A stretch of 63,981 nt of DNA, the filler included. It is 6 parts of 6 records of this genome, joined end to end, with 100 filler letters (N's around TTAATTAATTAA, not from the genome) between each part and the next. Parts side by side here need not be neighbours in the genome. Positions count along the whole stretch, not along the records: positions 1 to 7,994 come from DRR723986_4171; positions 8,095 to 13,623 come from DRR723986_4172; 4 more parts are not named here. One strand, written 5' to 3'. Each line of letters begins with the position of its first letter. Position 1 is the first letter of the stretch. The position numbers were made by a program, and so were the translations under genes. A model generated the notes under the pieces. The model had not been told where the DNA came from. It saw nothing but the letters and a program-made list of their open reading frames with translations, and searched no databases. This document shows positions 1 to 8,876 of the stretch, in pieces.

Positions 1-207
1 CATGTGGACCAGAACGTAACCGGGCATAAAACGACGCTCGGTCGAAACCTTCTTACCGCGACGAATTTCGATCACCTCTTCGGTGGGGACCAGCACTTCG
101 CCGAATTCTTCTTCAAGACCGTGCTCCGCGACCGAGGTCCGGATCTGTTCCGCGATCTTCTTTTCGAAGTTCGAGAGTACGCTCACCGAGTACCACCGTT
201 TCGCCAT
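1..207 (-). CDS. nusG: Transcription termination/antitermination factor NusG (5' part, runs off window)
   Basis: Manual translation MAKRWYSVSVLSNFEKKIAEQI...EVLVPTEEVIEIRRGKKVSTERRFMPGYVLVHM is the NusG N-terminal domain; lies downstream of secE. Not in the ORF track. Confidence 0.96.
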   Translation of the reverse strand, partial: MAKRWYSVSVLSNFEKKIAEQIRTSVAEHGLEEEFGEVLVPTEEVIEIRRGKKVSTERRFMPGYVLVHM

Positions 208-406
208 GCCGCTGTCGTCCTTGTTCTGCGTGGATCACCATAGATTGGCAGATCCCGAATTCACTAAATCTGTGGCAAATAAATTGCCCGCCCCCGGCCC
301 AAATCAGCACACAACTCGAATCGTTGCACACCATACCAAAGGTATCGCGTCACCTACTCTGCCAAGACCCTTTGCGCAAGAGGGCGCGGCGTCCTGACCG
401 TCTAAC

Positions 407-604
407 TTAGCCGAATGAAGTCAGGATCATCTGCAGACCACCACGGATCAGCAGGTCGACCATGGCAAAGAAAACAGCTGTCAACGCGGCCATGATAAAC
501 ACCATAACCGTCGTCAGCAGTACTTCGCGACGTGTCGGCCAGACAACCTTGGAGATCTCAGCACGGACCTGCTGGACGAATTGAACTGGATTGGTGGTGG
601 CCAT
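407..604 (-). CDS. secE: Preprotein translocase subunit SecE
   Basis: 65 aa with FVQQVRAEISKVVWPTRRE motif and one TM helix; upstream of nusG. Confidence 0.96.
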   Translation of the reverse strand: MATTNPVQFVQQVRAEISKVVWPTRREVLLTTVMVFIMAALTAVFFAMVDLLIRGGLQMILTSFG

Positions 605-735
605 GAGGCTGCATTTCCTTCTTTACCGACTGAACGGCACATAACGGGACTACGTGGCGAATTCAAGGCCGCTTTGTAGCCCAGCCATTTTCTAACCCTA
701 AACGATGGCCCGCAGGCCACCGCTGTGCACCCGCT

Positions 736-1140
736 CTAGTCTGCAGGCATCAGATAGTCGTCATCGCTGACCTTTTCCAACCAATCCGCGACCTGCCCGT
801 CTTGGGCTTCTTGGATGGCCAGATGCACCATGCCTGTTTCGGGTGTGGCCCCGTGCCAATGTTCTTCGCCCGGTGGGATCCAAACCGTGTCGCCCGCCCG
901 GATAAACCAAGGGGCCTCATCGCGCAGTCCAACCAGACCTACGCCCGACAACACATGCAGCGTCTGACCCAACGGGTGCGTGTGCCATGCAGTTCGTGCG
1001 CCCGGTTCAAATTCAACACGCAACGCGCGCACTCTTGCGGGCTCTGGCGCTTCGATCACCGGGTCCTGCAAGACAGTCCCGGTGAACCATTCCTCATTTG
1101 CACGACGGGTTGGCCGTGACCCTGCTTTGTAGATGTCCAT
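736..1140 (-). CDS. Small cupin-domain protein
   Basis: Cupin metal motifs WHTHPLGQTL and GEEHWHGA. Confidence 0.85.
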   Translation of the reverse strand: MDIYKAGSRPTRRANEEWFTGTVLQDPVIEAPEPARVRALRVEFEPGARTAWHTHPLGQTLHVLSGVGLVGLRDEAPWFIRAGDTVWIPPGEEHWHGATPETGMVHLAIQEAQDGQVADWLEKVSDDDYLMPAD

Positions 1141-1186
1141 TACCAGTCAGTCCCTTTTCTGCCCCAAACTGGGTGCGGTTCAATGA

Positions 1187-1345
1187 TCAGGGTTTGGGAT
1201 GATCATCCCACTCATCGCTCAAAATGCGCCGCGCGTCCCCTTCTGGGTCGTCGTACTGATTCGACCGCACCGTATAGATAAACGCGGCCAACCCGGCACT
1301 GCCGAGTATCAGAGAAATTGGGATCAAATACGTCAGGACACTCAT
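1187..1345 (-). CDS. ccoS: cbb3 oxidase maturation protein CcoS/FixS
   Basis: Manual translation MSVLTYLIPISLILGSAGLAAFIYTVRSNQYDDPEGDARRILSDEWDDHPKP (52 aa; QYDD..G.A.RIL motif), directly after ccoI. Below the ORF-track length cutoff. Confidence 0.93.
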   Translation of the reverse strand: MSVLTYLIPISLILGSAGLAAFIYTVRSNQYDDPEGDARRILSDEWDDHPKP

Positions 1346-1349
1346 CTGG

Positions 1350-3530
1350 TCACCTCAACCGCAATGCGTTTAGAGAAACGGTAATCGAAGAACTCGACAT
1401 CGCCAAGGCAGCAATCAACGGAGTCGCCAATCCAACAACAGCCAGCGGCACCGCAATCACATTGTACAACGTCGCGATCCTGAAATTTTCACGAATACGT
1501 TTGGTGGCCCGAACAGCCGTATCACAGGCATCCGAAATCGGAGACAGATCAGACCCCAACAATACGATATCCGAGGCCACGCGCGCCGCGTCCAAAGCCG
1601 ACGCCGGTGAAATCGAAACATGGGCCGCAGCCAAGGCCGCCGTATCATTCAACCCATCCCCAACCATCAGAACCTTGCGGCCTTCGTTTGCCAAGGCTTG
1701 GACTCGGTCGGCTTTCTCTTCTGGCAACGCTTCGGCTACCCAATCCGTAATGCCCAATCGTGCGGCCAAATCGGAAACTGCCCCGGTGGTATCCCCCGAA
1801 ATCAACAACACTGACTTGCCAGCGGTCTGAAGACCCTGCACCGCCTCTTCGGCTCCCGGACGCAACGCGTCGGTGAACAAAAAGGCAGCTGGGGCTATCT
1901 CACCAACCGCAAGCCAAGCCGACGTCTGCGTCCCTTGATCGGCGCCTGTCCATGCGGCACGTCCCAATCTTACGCGCTGACCTCGCAACATGCCTTCGGT
2001 GCCGAAACCGGGCACTTCGCGGATATCACTGACATCCGCTGGCTTAATCCCCGCGGCCCGCGCTGATCGCGTGACTGATACGGACAAAGGATGCGATGAT
2101 CCCTCAGCCAGCGCCAAGGCAATCGCCAGATCCTGCCGCCCGTGTTCGCCAAGGTTCACTAGCTCGGGCGTGCCTGCCGTCAACGTACCCGTCTTATCGA
2201 ACACAACCGTGTCGACCTCGGCCAGACGCTCCAACGCTGTTGCGTGTTTAATCAGCATCCCACGGCGAAACAAACGCCCCGACGCCGCTGTCGTCACCGC
2301 GGGAACCGCAAGCCCCAAGGCACACGGACAGGTGATAATCAAAACCGCCGCCGCAATGTTCAAAGCGACCCGAAAATCGCCAGAATACAGATACCAGCCA
2401 ACAAAGCTGAGCGCTGACAGAATATGCACCCCCGGCGCATAAAGCTTGGCGGCGCTGTCTGCCAACGAGGTATACCGCGACCGACCGCTTTCCGCGATTG
2501 CGACCAGATCCGCCATCCGATGCAAAGACGTATCCTGTCCCACAGCAGCGGCCCGAATGGTCAATGGCCCCGTCAGGTTCACCTCACCTGCGTTAACGGC
2601 CAAACCCGGTTCGGCAAAGACGGGCAAGGTTTCCCCAGTCAACAAGGACCGGTCCAATTCCGACTGCCCCAAGACGATTTCACCGTCCACCGGCATCCGC
2701 CCACCGGGGCGCACCAGTATCAGATCGCCCACTTCCAGCGCGGAAACTGCTACTTCCTCTTCAACTCCATCAACCACACGGATCGCGCGCGGCACCTCTA
2801 GCGCGGCCAGTTCCTCGGCCGCAGATCGCGCAACCGCCCGCGTGCGGTAATCCAGATAGCGCCCAATCAGCAGCAGAAACGTCAGCGTTAGGGCCGCATC
2901 GAAATAGGCATGTTCCCCAGACAGCGATGTTTCCCACAGTGATGTCACCAACGTCAGCACAATCGCCAACACAATCGGAACATCCATGTTCAACTGACGC
3001 ACCCGCAGCGCGCTCCAGGCGTTGCGGAAAAACGGCTGCGCACTAAAGGCAATCGCCGGCAAAGTGATCACAGCCGAAATCCAATGGAACATATCCCGCG
3101 TGGCATCTGTGGCCCCGGCCCAAACCGAAACCGACAACAGCATCACATTCATCGACGCAAAACCAGCAACCGCCAGCCGCATCAACAGATCACGCCCGAC
3201 TTTGTCGTTCTGTGTCGCCGACAGCGCCCCGGCGTCCAGCTCATGCGCCTCAAACCCGATGCCTTCCAGAACCGGGATCAGATCGCGCGCCTGAACCTCG
3301 GGCTCGGCCTGAATCATCGCACGTTTCAGCGTCAGATTAACCCGCGCGGATTCAATCCCCGGATAGGCGTTCAGCGTGCGTTCCACCTTGGAAATGCACG
3401 CCTGACAATGGATCGTCGGCAACGACAGCGCGATCTGCACATCCTCAGGAACCGGCCGTACCGCCTCTGCCGGGGCGGCCAAACACCCAGGACACGCCGC
3501 CGCAGACGGAGGACTCAACTGAGCCGTCAT
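1350..3530 (-). CDS. ccoI: Cu-transporting P1B-type ATPase CcoI/FixI
   Basis: N-terminal HMA CQAC, LTGET, CPCALGLA, DKTGTLT and GDGLND motifs; ccoGHIS context. Confidence 0.96.
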   Translation of the reverse strand: MTAQLSPPSAAACPGCLAAPAEAVRPVPEDVQIALSLPTIHCQACISKVERTLNAYPGIESARVNLTLKRAMIQAEPEVQARDLIPVLEGIGFEAHELDAGALSATQNDKVGRDLLMRLAVAGFASMNVMLLSVSVWAGATDATRDMFHWISAVITLPAIAFSAQPFFRNAWSALRVRQLNMDVPIVLAIVLTLVTSLWETSLSGEHAYFDAALTLTFLLLIGRYLDYRTRAVARSAAEELAALEVPRAIRVVDGVEEEVAVSALEVGDLILVRPGGRMPVDGEIVLGQSELDRSLLTGETLPVFAEPGLAVNAGEVNLTGPLTIRAAAVGQDTSLHRMADLVAIAESGRSRYTSLADSAAKLYAPGVHILSALSFVGWYLYSGDFRVALNIAAAVLIITCPCALGLAVPAVTTAASGRLFRRGMLIKHATALERLAEVDTVVFDKTGTLTAGTPELVNLGEHGRQDLAIALALAEGSSHPLSVSVTRSARAAGIKPADVSDIREVPGFGTEGMLRGQRVRLGRAAWTGADQGTQTSAWLAVGEIAPAAFLFTDALRPGAEEAVQGLQTAGKSVLLISGDTTGAVSDLAARLGITDWVAEALPEEKADRVQALANEGRKVLMVGDGLNDTAALAAAHVSISPASALDAARVASDIVLLGSDLSPISDACDTAVRATKRIRENFRIATLYNVIAVPLAVVGLATPLIAALAMSSSSITVSLNALRLR

Positions 3531-3535
3531 GTCCC

Positions 3536-3994
3536 CTACCCTTTCACGTGCAGAATAACGCGCTGGCTGAACTCAGTCCCATCCAACGCTTTGGCCGTCA
3601 TGCGAATGTTCCAATTCCCATCGCCCAATTCCGCCTTGGCAACATAGGTCGATCCATCAAATTTGAAATCCGGCTTTTGGTCGTCATTCACATGGGTTGC
3701 CCGACCCAAGGTGGCCTTTAGCTCAGACAGCTCAACCGGCTGACCCGCCCGATCTGTGATCGACAAGAAAACCAATCCTCCAGCCGCATCAGCACGGACA
3801 TTCCAGCCCAACGCCTCTTGCGCATCGCGCCGCACATCGAATTCCTGTGACGCAACATAGGAATTCTTGACCTCCAATCCGGGGAAGGTTTTCACCGCGC
3901 TATAAGCCAACACAAGGTTCACAGAAATGATGACCCCAAAGGCCCCGACAAACACAGCCAATGCATGTTTGCCGGTGAATTTACGCTCAGCCAT
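3536..3994 (-). CDS. ccoH: CcoH/FixH family protein
   Basis: N-terminal TM then FPGLEVKNSYVASQEF motif; lies between ccoG and ccoI. Confidence 0.92.
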   Translation of the reverse strand: MAERKFTGKHALAVFVGAFGVIISVNLVLAYSAVKTFPGLEVKNSYVASQEFDVRRDAQEALGWNVRADAAGGLVFLSITDRAGQPVELSELKATLGRATHVNDDQKPDFKFDGSTYVAKAELGDGNWNIRMTAKALDGTEFSQRVILHVKG

Positions 3995-3996
3995 GG

Positions 3997-5424
3997 TCAG
4001 TTCCCTCGCCCGTTAAAGGTGGTGTCCTTGTAGACACGTTCCCCATTGGTCAGATCCTCGACCCAGATCCGCACATCCGTCGCCTCGGCACCAGATGGGG
4101 CCGCCGTCTTAGGTGTCACAATATAGACCCGCTGCAAGAAAGATGCATCCGGCGGAACAGGGACAGATGTATAAGGCGTACCTTCCAACTGGATACGCAT
4201 CGCCGGATCCCCTTTCAGAGACAGCTTAAACTGGCGCTCTTCCCCATGTTTGTTGCGCAACCGCACGTCATAGGTGTTGCGGATCGATCCGTCAGACAAG
4301 GTCACAAACGTCGGGTTCCGCACCGGCGCCACCGTCAATTCGATCTCGGGACGAATAAACAAGGCAAAGACCAGTGCGATCCCAACAAAGGACCACAATG
4401 AGGTGTACATGATCGTGCGCGGACGCAAGATGTGTTTCCAGATGTTCTTGGGCGGCTTACCCGCCCGTTCATTGGCCTCGTCACTCAGCGCCATGTAATC
4501 GATCAAACCGCGCGGCTTGCCCACCTTGGCCATCATGTCATCACAGGCGTCAATGCACAGCGCACAGGTGATGCATTCCATCTGCTGCCCATCACGAATA
4601 TCAATGCCAACCGGGCAGACATTCACGCAGGCCATACAGTCAATGCAATCGCCCAATTCCGTATCGGTAGTGCGCTTGCCTTTACCGCGCGGTTCCCCGC
4701 GCCATTCGCGATAACCAACGACCAACGTGTCTTCGTCCATCATCGCGGCCTGAATACGTGGCCACGGGCAGGCGTAGATACAAATCTGTTCGCGCGCAAA
4801 CCCGCCAAAGAAAAAAGTCGTCAGCGTCAGAACCGCGACCGTGCCATAAGCAACCGGATGCGCGTTCATAGTGAACAGATCAACCAACAGCGTCGGCGCA
4901 TCCGCAAAGTAAAAGACCCAAGCCCCGCCAGTTGCCAAGCCAATGAACAGCCAGACAATCCACTTAGTCATCCGCAAACGTGCCTTGCGAAAATCCATTT
5001 TCTTTTGGTGATGCAATCTCAGACGCGCGTTTCGGTCGCCTTCGATCCATCGCTCCACAAGAATATAGAGATCCGTCCAAACCGTCTGGGGACAGGCATA
5101 GCCACACCACACGCGCCCAAGGGCCGAGGTGAACAAAAACAATCCCAACCCGGCCATGATCAACAGGCCCGCAACAAAATAGAATTCATGCGGCCAGATT
5201 TCGATCCAGAAGAAATAGAACCGCCGATTGGCCAAATCCAACAACACCGCCTGATCCGGCAAACTTGGACCGCGATCCCAACGGATCCACGGCGTCAGAT
5301 AGTAAATGCCCAGCGTCACAGCCAGGATCAACCACTTCAGATTGCGAAACATACCAGTTACCCGACGGGGAAAAATCGGCTCCCGGGCGGCGTATAAGCT
5401 AGGGGTGGGATTGGAATCGCTCAC
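3997..5424 (-). CDS. ccoG: CcoG/FixG/RdxB 4Fe-4S membrane protein
   Basis: GRVWCGYACPQ, CIYACPW, CIDCMACVNVCP and CITCALCIDAC motifs. Confidence 0.96.
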   Translation of the reverse strand: MSDSNPTPSLYAAREPIFPRRVTGMFRNLKWLILAVTLGIYYLTPWIRWDRGPSLPDQAVLLDLANRRFYFFWIEIWPHEFYFVAGLLIMAGLGLFLFTSALGRVWCGYACPQTVWTDLYILVERWIEGDRNARLRLHHQKKMDFRKARLRMTKWIVWLFIGLATGGAWVFYFADAPTLLVDLFTMNAHPVAYGTVAVLTLTTFFFGGFAREQICIYACPWPRIQAAMMDEDTLVVGYREWRGEPRGKGKRTTDTELGDCIDCMACVNVCPVGIDIRDGQQMECITCALCIDACDDMMAKVGKPRGLIDYMALSDEANERAGKPPKNIWKHILRPRTIMYTSLWSFVGIALVFALFIRPEIELTVAPVRNPTFVTLSDGSIRNTYDVRLRNKHGEERQFKLSLKGDPAMRIQLEGTPYTSVPVPPDASFLQRVYIVTPKTAAPSGAEATDVRIWVEDLTNGERVYKDTTFNGRGN

Positions 5425-5486
5425 GGACTCACTCCAGATATGGGGCTCTTCTCAGCGTGTTCTGTCAGATCCTATTCAGTCAAACT

Positions 5487-5500
5487 TTGACATGGGTCAA
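5487..5500. promoter_or_regulatory. FNR/FnrL binding site upstream of ccoGHIS
   Basis: TTGAC-ATGG-GTCAA, palindromic match to TTGAY-N4-RTCAA, ~63 bp before the ccoG start. Confidence 0.8.
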
Positions 5501-5736
5501 AAAGCGCATCTGAGTCACACGTTTTAGAAATCTGAGCACAGCGCGCCCGCTTTCATAGCATAAAACACCATAATCATTCTATGTTTGCTCAGACCCGCTT
5601 TGATATCGGATCAAAGAGGCATCTTAAAACACAAAACTCCGAAGCAGTTGCATCGGAGCGGCGTAATAGGCGTAAATATACAAATCAGCGTTGGCTATTC
5701 AGGAAACGCGCGAACAGATCGAATAGCCAACGCCGC

Positions 5737-5762
5737 ACCTTCGGGCCCTAAGGTCCGAAGGT
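5737..5762 (-). terminator. Stem-loop just after ccoP (terminator or mRNA-stability hairpin)
   Basis: ACCTTCGGGCC-CTAA-GGTCCGAAGGT, 14 bp past the ccoP stop; no clear U-tract. Confidence 0.5.
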
Positions 5763-5776
5763 ATCTCTTTTACCCG

Positions 5777-6646
5777 TTATTCACCGCCACCAAGCTGGTG
5801 AACATAGATCGACACGGCACGGATCTGTGCTTCGGTCAAACGAGTGTTCCATGCAGGCATCACACCGTAACGCGCATTGTATACGGTTTCGGTCAACGTC
5901 TCGTGATCCCCACCGTACAGCCAGATGGCATCCGTCAAGTTGGGCGCGCCTTGCTCACGATCGCCGGTGCCGTCTTCGGCATGGCAGGATGCACAGTTGT
6001 CAGCAAAGACCTCAGTCCCTGCGGCCACCTTGCTGGCATCCATCGGTTCACCCGACAACGACATCACGTAATTCACAACTTGATCGATTTCTTCATCTTC
6101 AAGCAGTTCATCACGACCAAAGGCTGGCATTTCAGAATAGCGTGCTTCGTCGCTATCTTCGTTGCGGATACCATGGGTGATCGTGGTGTGGATCGCCTCA
6201 ATGTCGCCCCCCCACAACCAGTTGTCATCCAACAGGTTGGGATAGCCCTTGAACCCAGCCGCACCAGAGCCGTGACACTGCGCACACCAAGTCTTGAACA
6301 CAGCCGACCCGGCAGAGGTGGCATAGCCATTCAGCTCAGGATTTCCTGCGATCGAGGCCAGCTCGACAGTTTCCAACTCAGTGTTGATTGCTGCGTTGGC
6401 TTCTTCGGCGGCTGCAATCTCATTTGCAACATCAGCCCGTGTCGACCAGCCGAGCACACCAGCAGTGGCCTTGTTGACCATCGGCCACGCCGGGTAAGCA
6501 ATCGAATACAACACAGCCCAGATGATACAGGCGTACAGTGTGTACAACCACCACCGTGGCATTGGGTTGTCGAATTCTTCGATCCCATCCCACACATGGC
6601 CGGTGGTGTTTGGATCGCCCTCTTGTTTCTTGGACGGTTTGGTCAT
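5777..6646 (-). CDS. ccoP: cbb3-type cytochrome c oxidase subunit III
   Basis: [20 protein letters not shown]; two heme c motifs CAQCH and CASCH. Confidence 0.97.
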   Translation of the reverse strand: MTKPSKKQEGDPNTTGHVWDGIEEFDNPMPRWWLYTLYACIIWAVLYSIAYPAWPMVNKATAGVLGWSTRADVANEIAAAEEANAAINTELETVELASIAGNPELNGYATSAGSAVFKTWCAQCHGSGAAGFKGYPNLLDDNWLWGGDIEAIHTTITHGIRNEDSDEARYSEMPAFGRDELLEDEEIDQVVNYVMSLSGEPMDASKVAAGTEVFADNCASCHAEDGTGDREQGAPNLTDAIWLYGGDHETLTETVYNARYGVMPAWNTRLTEAQIRAVSIYVHQLGGGE

Positions 6647-6828
6647 TGCCTCGCCTCCTTGGATGTGGCGGGTTTATCTTCATGCCGGAACGGAATGTTG
6701 GCCGTATCCTCGTAGGTTTTGCTGCTACCTGGGCGAAACGCCCAGATAACGACAACAACAAAGACCGAGAACAAGAACAGCAACATCCAGCTGTCAGCGA
6801 ACTGTCTCAGGAGTGTATAGAGTTCCAT
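6643..6828 (-). CDS. ccoQ: cbb3-type cytochrome c oxidase subunit CcoQ
   Basis: [14 protein letters not shown]...WAFRPG...ANIPF; RBS AAGGGGGA precedes the ATG at 6828. Confidence 0.93.
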   Translation of the reverse strand: MELYTLLRQFADSWMLLFLFSVFVVVVIWAFRPGSSKTYEDTANIPFRHEDKPATSKEARQ

Positions 6829-6838
6829 CCATTCCCCC

Positions 6839-7567
6839 TTAACGGCTCGCGTCCGGCGTGAAGGTCGAGAAATCAACCAACGTACCAAGCATTTGCAAAT
6901 AGGCGATCAAAGCATCCGCTTCGCTAACACCGGGTTTGCCATCAAAGTTACGCACATTGATCGCCTCCCCATAGCGTTCCAACAACCCGTCATAATCGCT
7001 GTCAGGATCGGCTTGCGCCAAGAAATCCGCCTGCGCTGCATCGACCATTTCGTCGCTATACGGTGCCCCCAGAATGGCATTTGTTGCCATCACGTCGCCA
7101 ACGTATTTGCCATCGATACGGGTGTTTTCCAGGAACCCGTATTTGGGCATCACCGATTCAGGCACCACAGATTGTGGATTGCGCAGGTGATCTGCCTGCC
7201 ACTCGTCCGAATACCGGCCACCCACACGCGCCAGATCAGGTCCGGTCCGTTTGGACCCCCACTGGAACGGGCGGTCATACATCGACTCTGCAGCCAACGA
7301 ATAGTGACCATAGCGTTCGACTTCGTCCCGCATGGGGCGGATCATTTGGCTGTGGCAGGTGTAACACCCTTCGCGGATGTAGATGTCACGCCCGGTCAAT
7401 TCGAGAGGGGTGTAAGGGCGCATGCCCTCCACCTTCTCGATTGTGTTTTCCAGCCAGAACAGAGGTGCAATCTGAACGATGCCCCCGATGCTCACAACCA
7501 GTAAACTCAGGACCAGCAACAAGGTCGCGTTGGTTTCGATAAGCTTGTGTTTGTCGAGAATAGACAT
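6839..7567 (-). CDS. ccoO: cbb3-type cytochrome c oxidase subunit II
   Basis: [20 protein letters not shown] and [14 protein letters not shown]. Confidence 0.97.
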   Translation of the reverse strand: MSILDKHKLIETNATLLLVLSLLVVSIGGIVQIAPLFWLENTIEKVEGMRPYTPLELTGRDIYIREGCYTCHSQMIRPMRDEVERYGHYSLAAESMYDRPFQWGSKRTGPDLARVGGRYSDEWQADHLRNPQSVVPESVMPKYGFLENTRIDGKYVGDVMATNAILGAPYSDEMVDAAQADFLAQADPDSDYDGLLERYGEAINVRNFDGKPGVSEADALIAYLQMLGTLVDFSTFTPDASR

Positions 7568-7582
7568 AGCTACCAGCCCTCC

Positions 7583-7994
7583 TTATTCAGCTGGAACTGC
7601 AACGGTCAGGCTGGCTTCTTTTGCCGGCGCCTTTCGTACAGTCATCCACAGGTTGTAGCACATGATCAGCGCACCAGAGAGGAACATAACCCCACCCAGA
7701 CCACGAACCACATACATCGGGAATTTGGCGGCAACGGTGTCAGCGAACGAGTTCACAAGGAAACCATTGGCATCAACTTCACGCCACATCAGGCCTTCCA
7801 TAATACCGGTTACCCACATCGACGCGGCATACAGAACGATACCGATCGTGGCCAACCAGAAGTGCCAGCTTACCAGCGACAGCGAATACAGACGCTCACG
7901 CTTCCACAGAACCGGAACCAGATAGTACAGCGCACCAAAGGTGATCATGCCGTTCCAACCCAATGCACCGGAATGCACGTGGCCAATGGTCCAG
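7583..7994 (-). CDS. ccoN: cbb3-type cytochrome c oxidase subunit I (3' fragment)
   Basis: [13 protein letters not shown] heme-ligand motif and [12 protein letters not shown]; truncated by contig edge. Confidence 0.95.
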
Positions 7995-8094
7995 NNNNNN
8001 NNNNNNNNNNNNNNNNNNNNNNNNNNNNNNNNNNNNNNTTAATTAATTAANNNNNNNNNNNNNNNNNNNNNNNNNNNNNNNNNNNNNNNNNNNN
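7995..8094. other. Artificial contig linker
   Basis: 100 bp: N-run, TTAATTAATTAA (six-frame stop spacer), N-run. Confidence 0.98.
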
Positions 8095-8105
8095 TTCTGG
8101 CGAGA

Positions 8106-8172
8106 GATCGGAACCCAAGCCAAGTGGGCTAATCAAGATCGACGCGTGATCAGAACCCAAGCCGAGTGGGCT
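8106..8172. repeat. Two copies of a 25-bp direct repeat (42-bp period)
   Basis: GATCGGAACCCAAGCCAAGTGGGCT (8106-8130) and GATCAGAACCCAAGCCGAGTGGGCT (8148-8172), 2 mismatches. Confidence 0.7.
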
Positions 8173-8876
8173 CAAGCCGCCTTGCGCAGCTGAAATTGCC
8201 GCGTTCCCCACTGAATCAGGAATGGCACCAAGGCCAGCGCAGCCAGAGAAATGACCACTTCCAGTGAAATCAATTCTTCCAGCCGGTTTACTTTGGATAA
8301 CTCGTTGCCCGCATTTACATACAGCATGGTGCCGGGCAGCATACCCACAAAGCTTGTCCACAAGAATGTCCACGGCTTTACACGGCTCAGGCCAGCCAGC
8401 AAATTGAATGCGACAAAAGGAATGATGGGGGCCAGTCGAAGACTGAGCAGGTAGGCTACTTCGTTCTTGTCTATGCCCTTGTTGATCTCATCCAGCTTGT
8501 CGGCGAAGCGGGCCTCAACGGATGATCGAAAGAAGTGCCGCGCAAACAGCATCGTGAGCAGGGCACCCAAAGCCGATGCGGCGGTGGACACCACCATGCA
8601 CAGGCCAAACCCCATGCAGCCCCCACCCACCAGCATCAATACACCTGCACCTGGCAGGCACAAGGCGGTAATTACTACAAATACACCGAAGTAAATCAAA
8701 GTGATCAACGTGGGGTTATTCACAAAGTGCATGGCCAACTCGCGCTGTGCGGCCAGCATGTCTTGAAGTGATACATCGGCATTCATCCACACGAAGAGCA
8801 ACGCTGCTGCAATCAGCAGCAATGCTGTTTTCCTCCAGTGTTGTTGAACAGCCTGTGGCATTTGGTACTTCCTCAA
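8172..8876 (-). CDS. TVP38/TMEM64 (DedA/VTT family) membrane protein
   Basis: LPGAGVLMLVGG, LSLRLAPIIPF and SFVGMLPGT motifs; 4-bp overlap with the selD stop. Confidence 0.9.
   Translation of the reverse strand: MRKYQMPQAVQQHWRKTALLLIAAALLFVWMNADVSLQDMLAAQRELAMHFVNNPTLITLIYFGVFVVITALCLPGAGVLMLVGGGCMGFGLCMVVSTAASALGALLTMLFARHFFRSSVEARFADKLDEINKGIDKNEVAYLLSLRLAPIIPFVAFNLLAGLSRVKPWTFLWTSFVGMLPGTMLYVNAGNELSKVNRLEELISLEVVISLAALALVPFLIQWGTRQFQLRKAA

Noticed and set aside
604-736. tRNA-Trp often found upstream of secE
   Set aside because: No cloverleaf, T-loop or CCA end recognisable.
4432-6715. Long + strand ORFs (321 aa, 376 aa) opposite ccoG and ccoP
   Set aside because: Antisense shadows typical of GC-rich coding DNA, with no recognisable protein motifs. 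The same applies to 56117-57397, 58438-59418 and 60472-61605.
8039-8050. TTAATTAATTAA palindrome recurring five times
   Set aside because: Artificial stop-codon linker inside N-runs.
8106-8172. Possible CRISPR array
   Set aside because: Only two 25-bp copies with a 17-bp spacer and no cas genes; better explained as a REP-like repeat.
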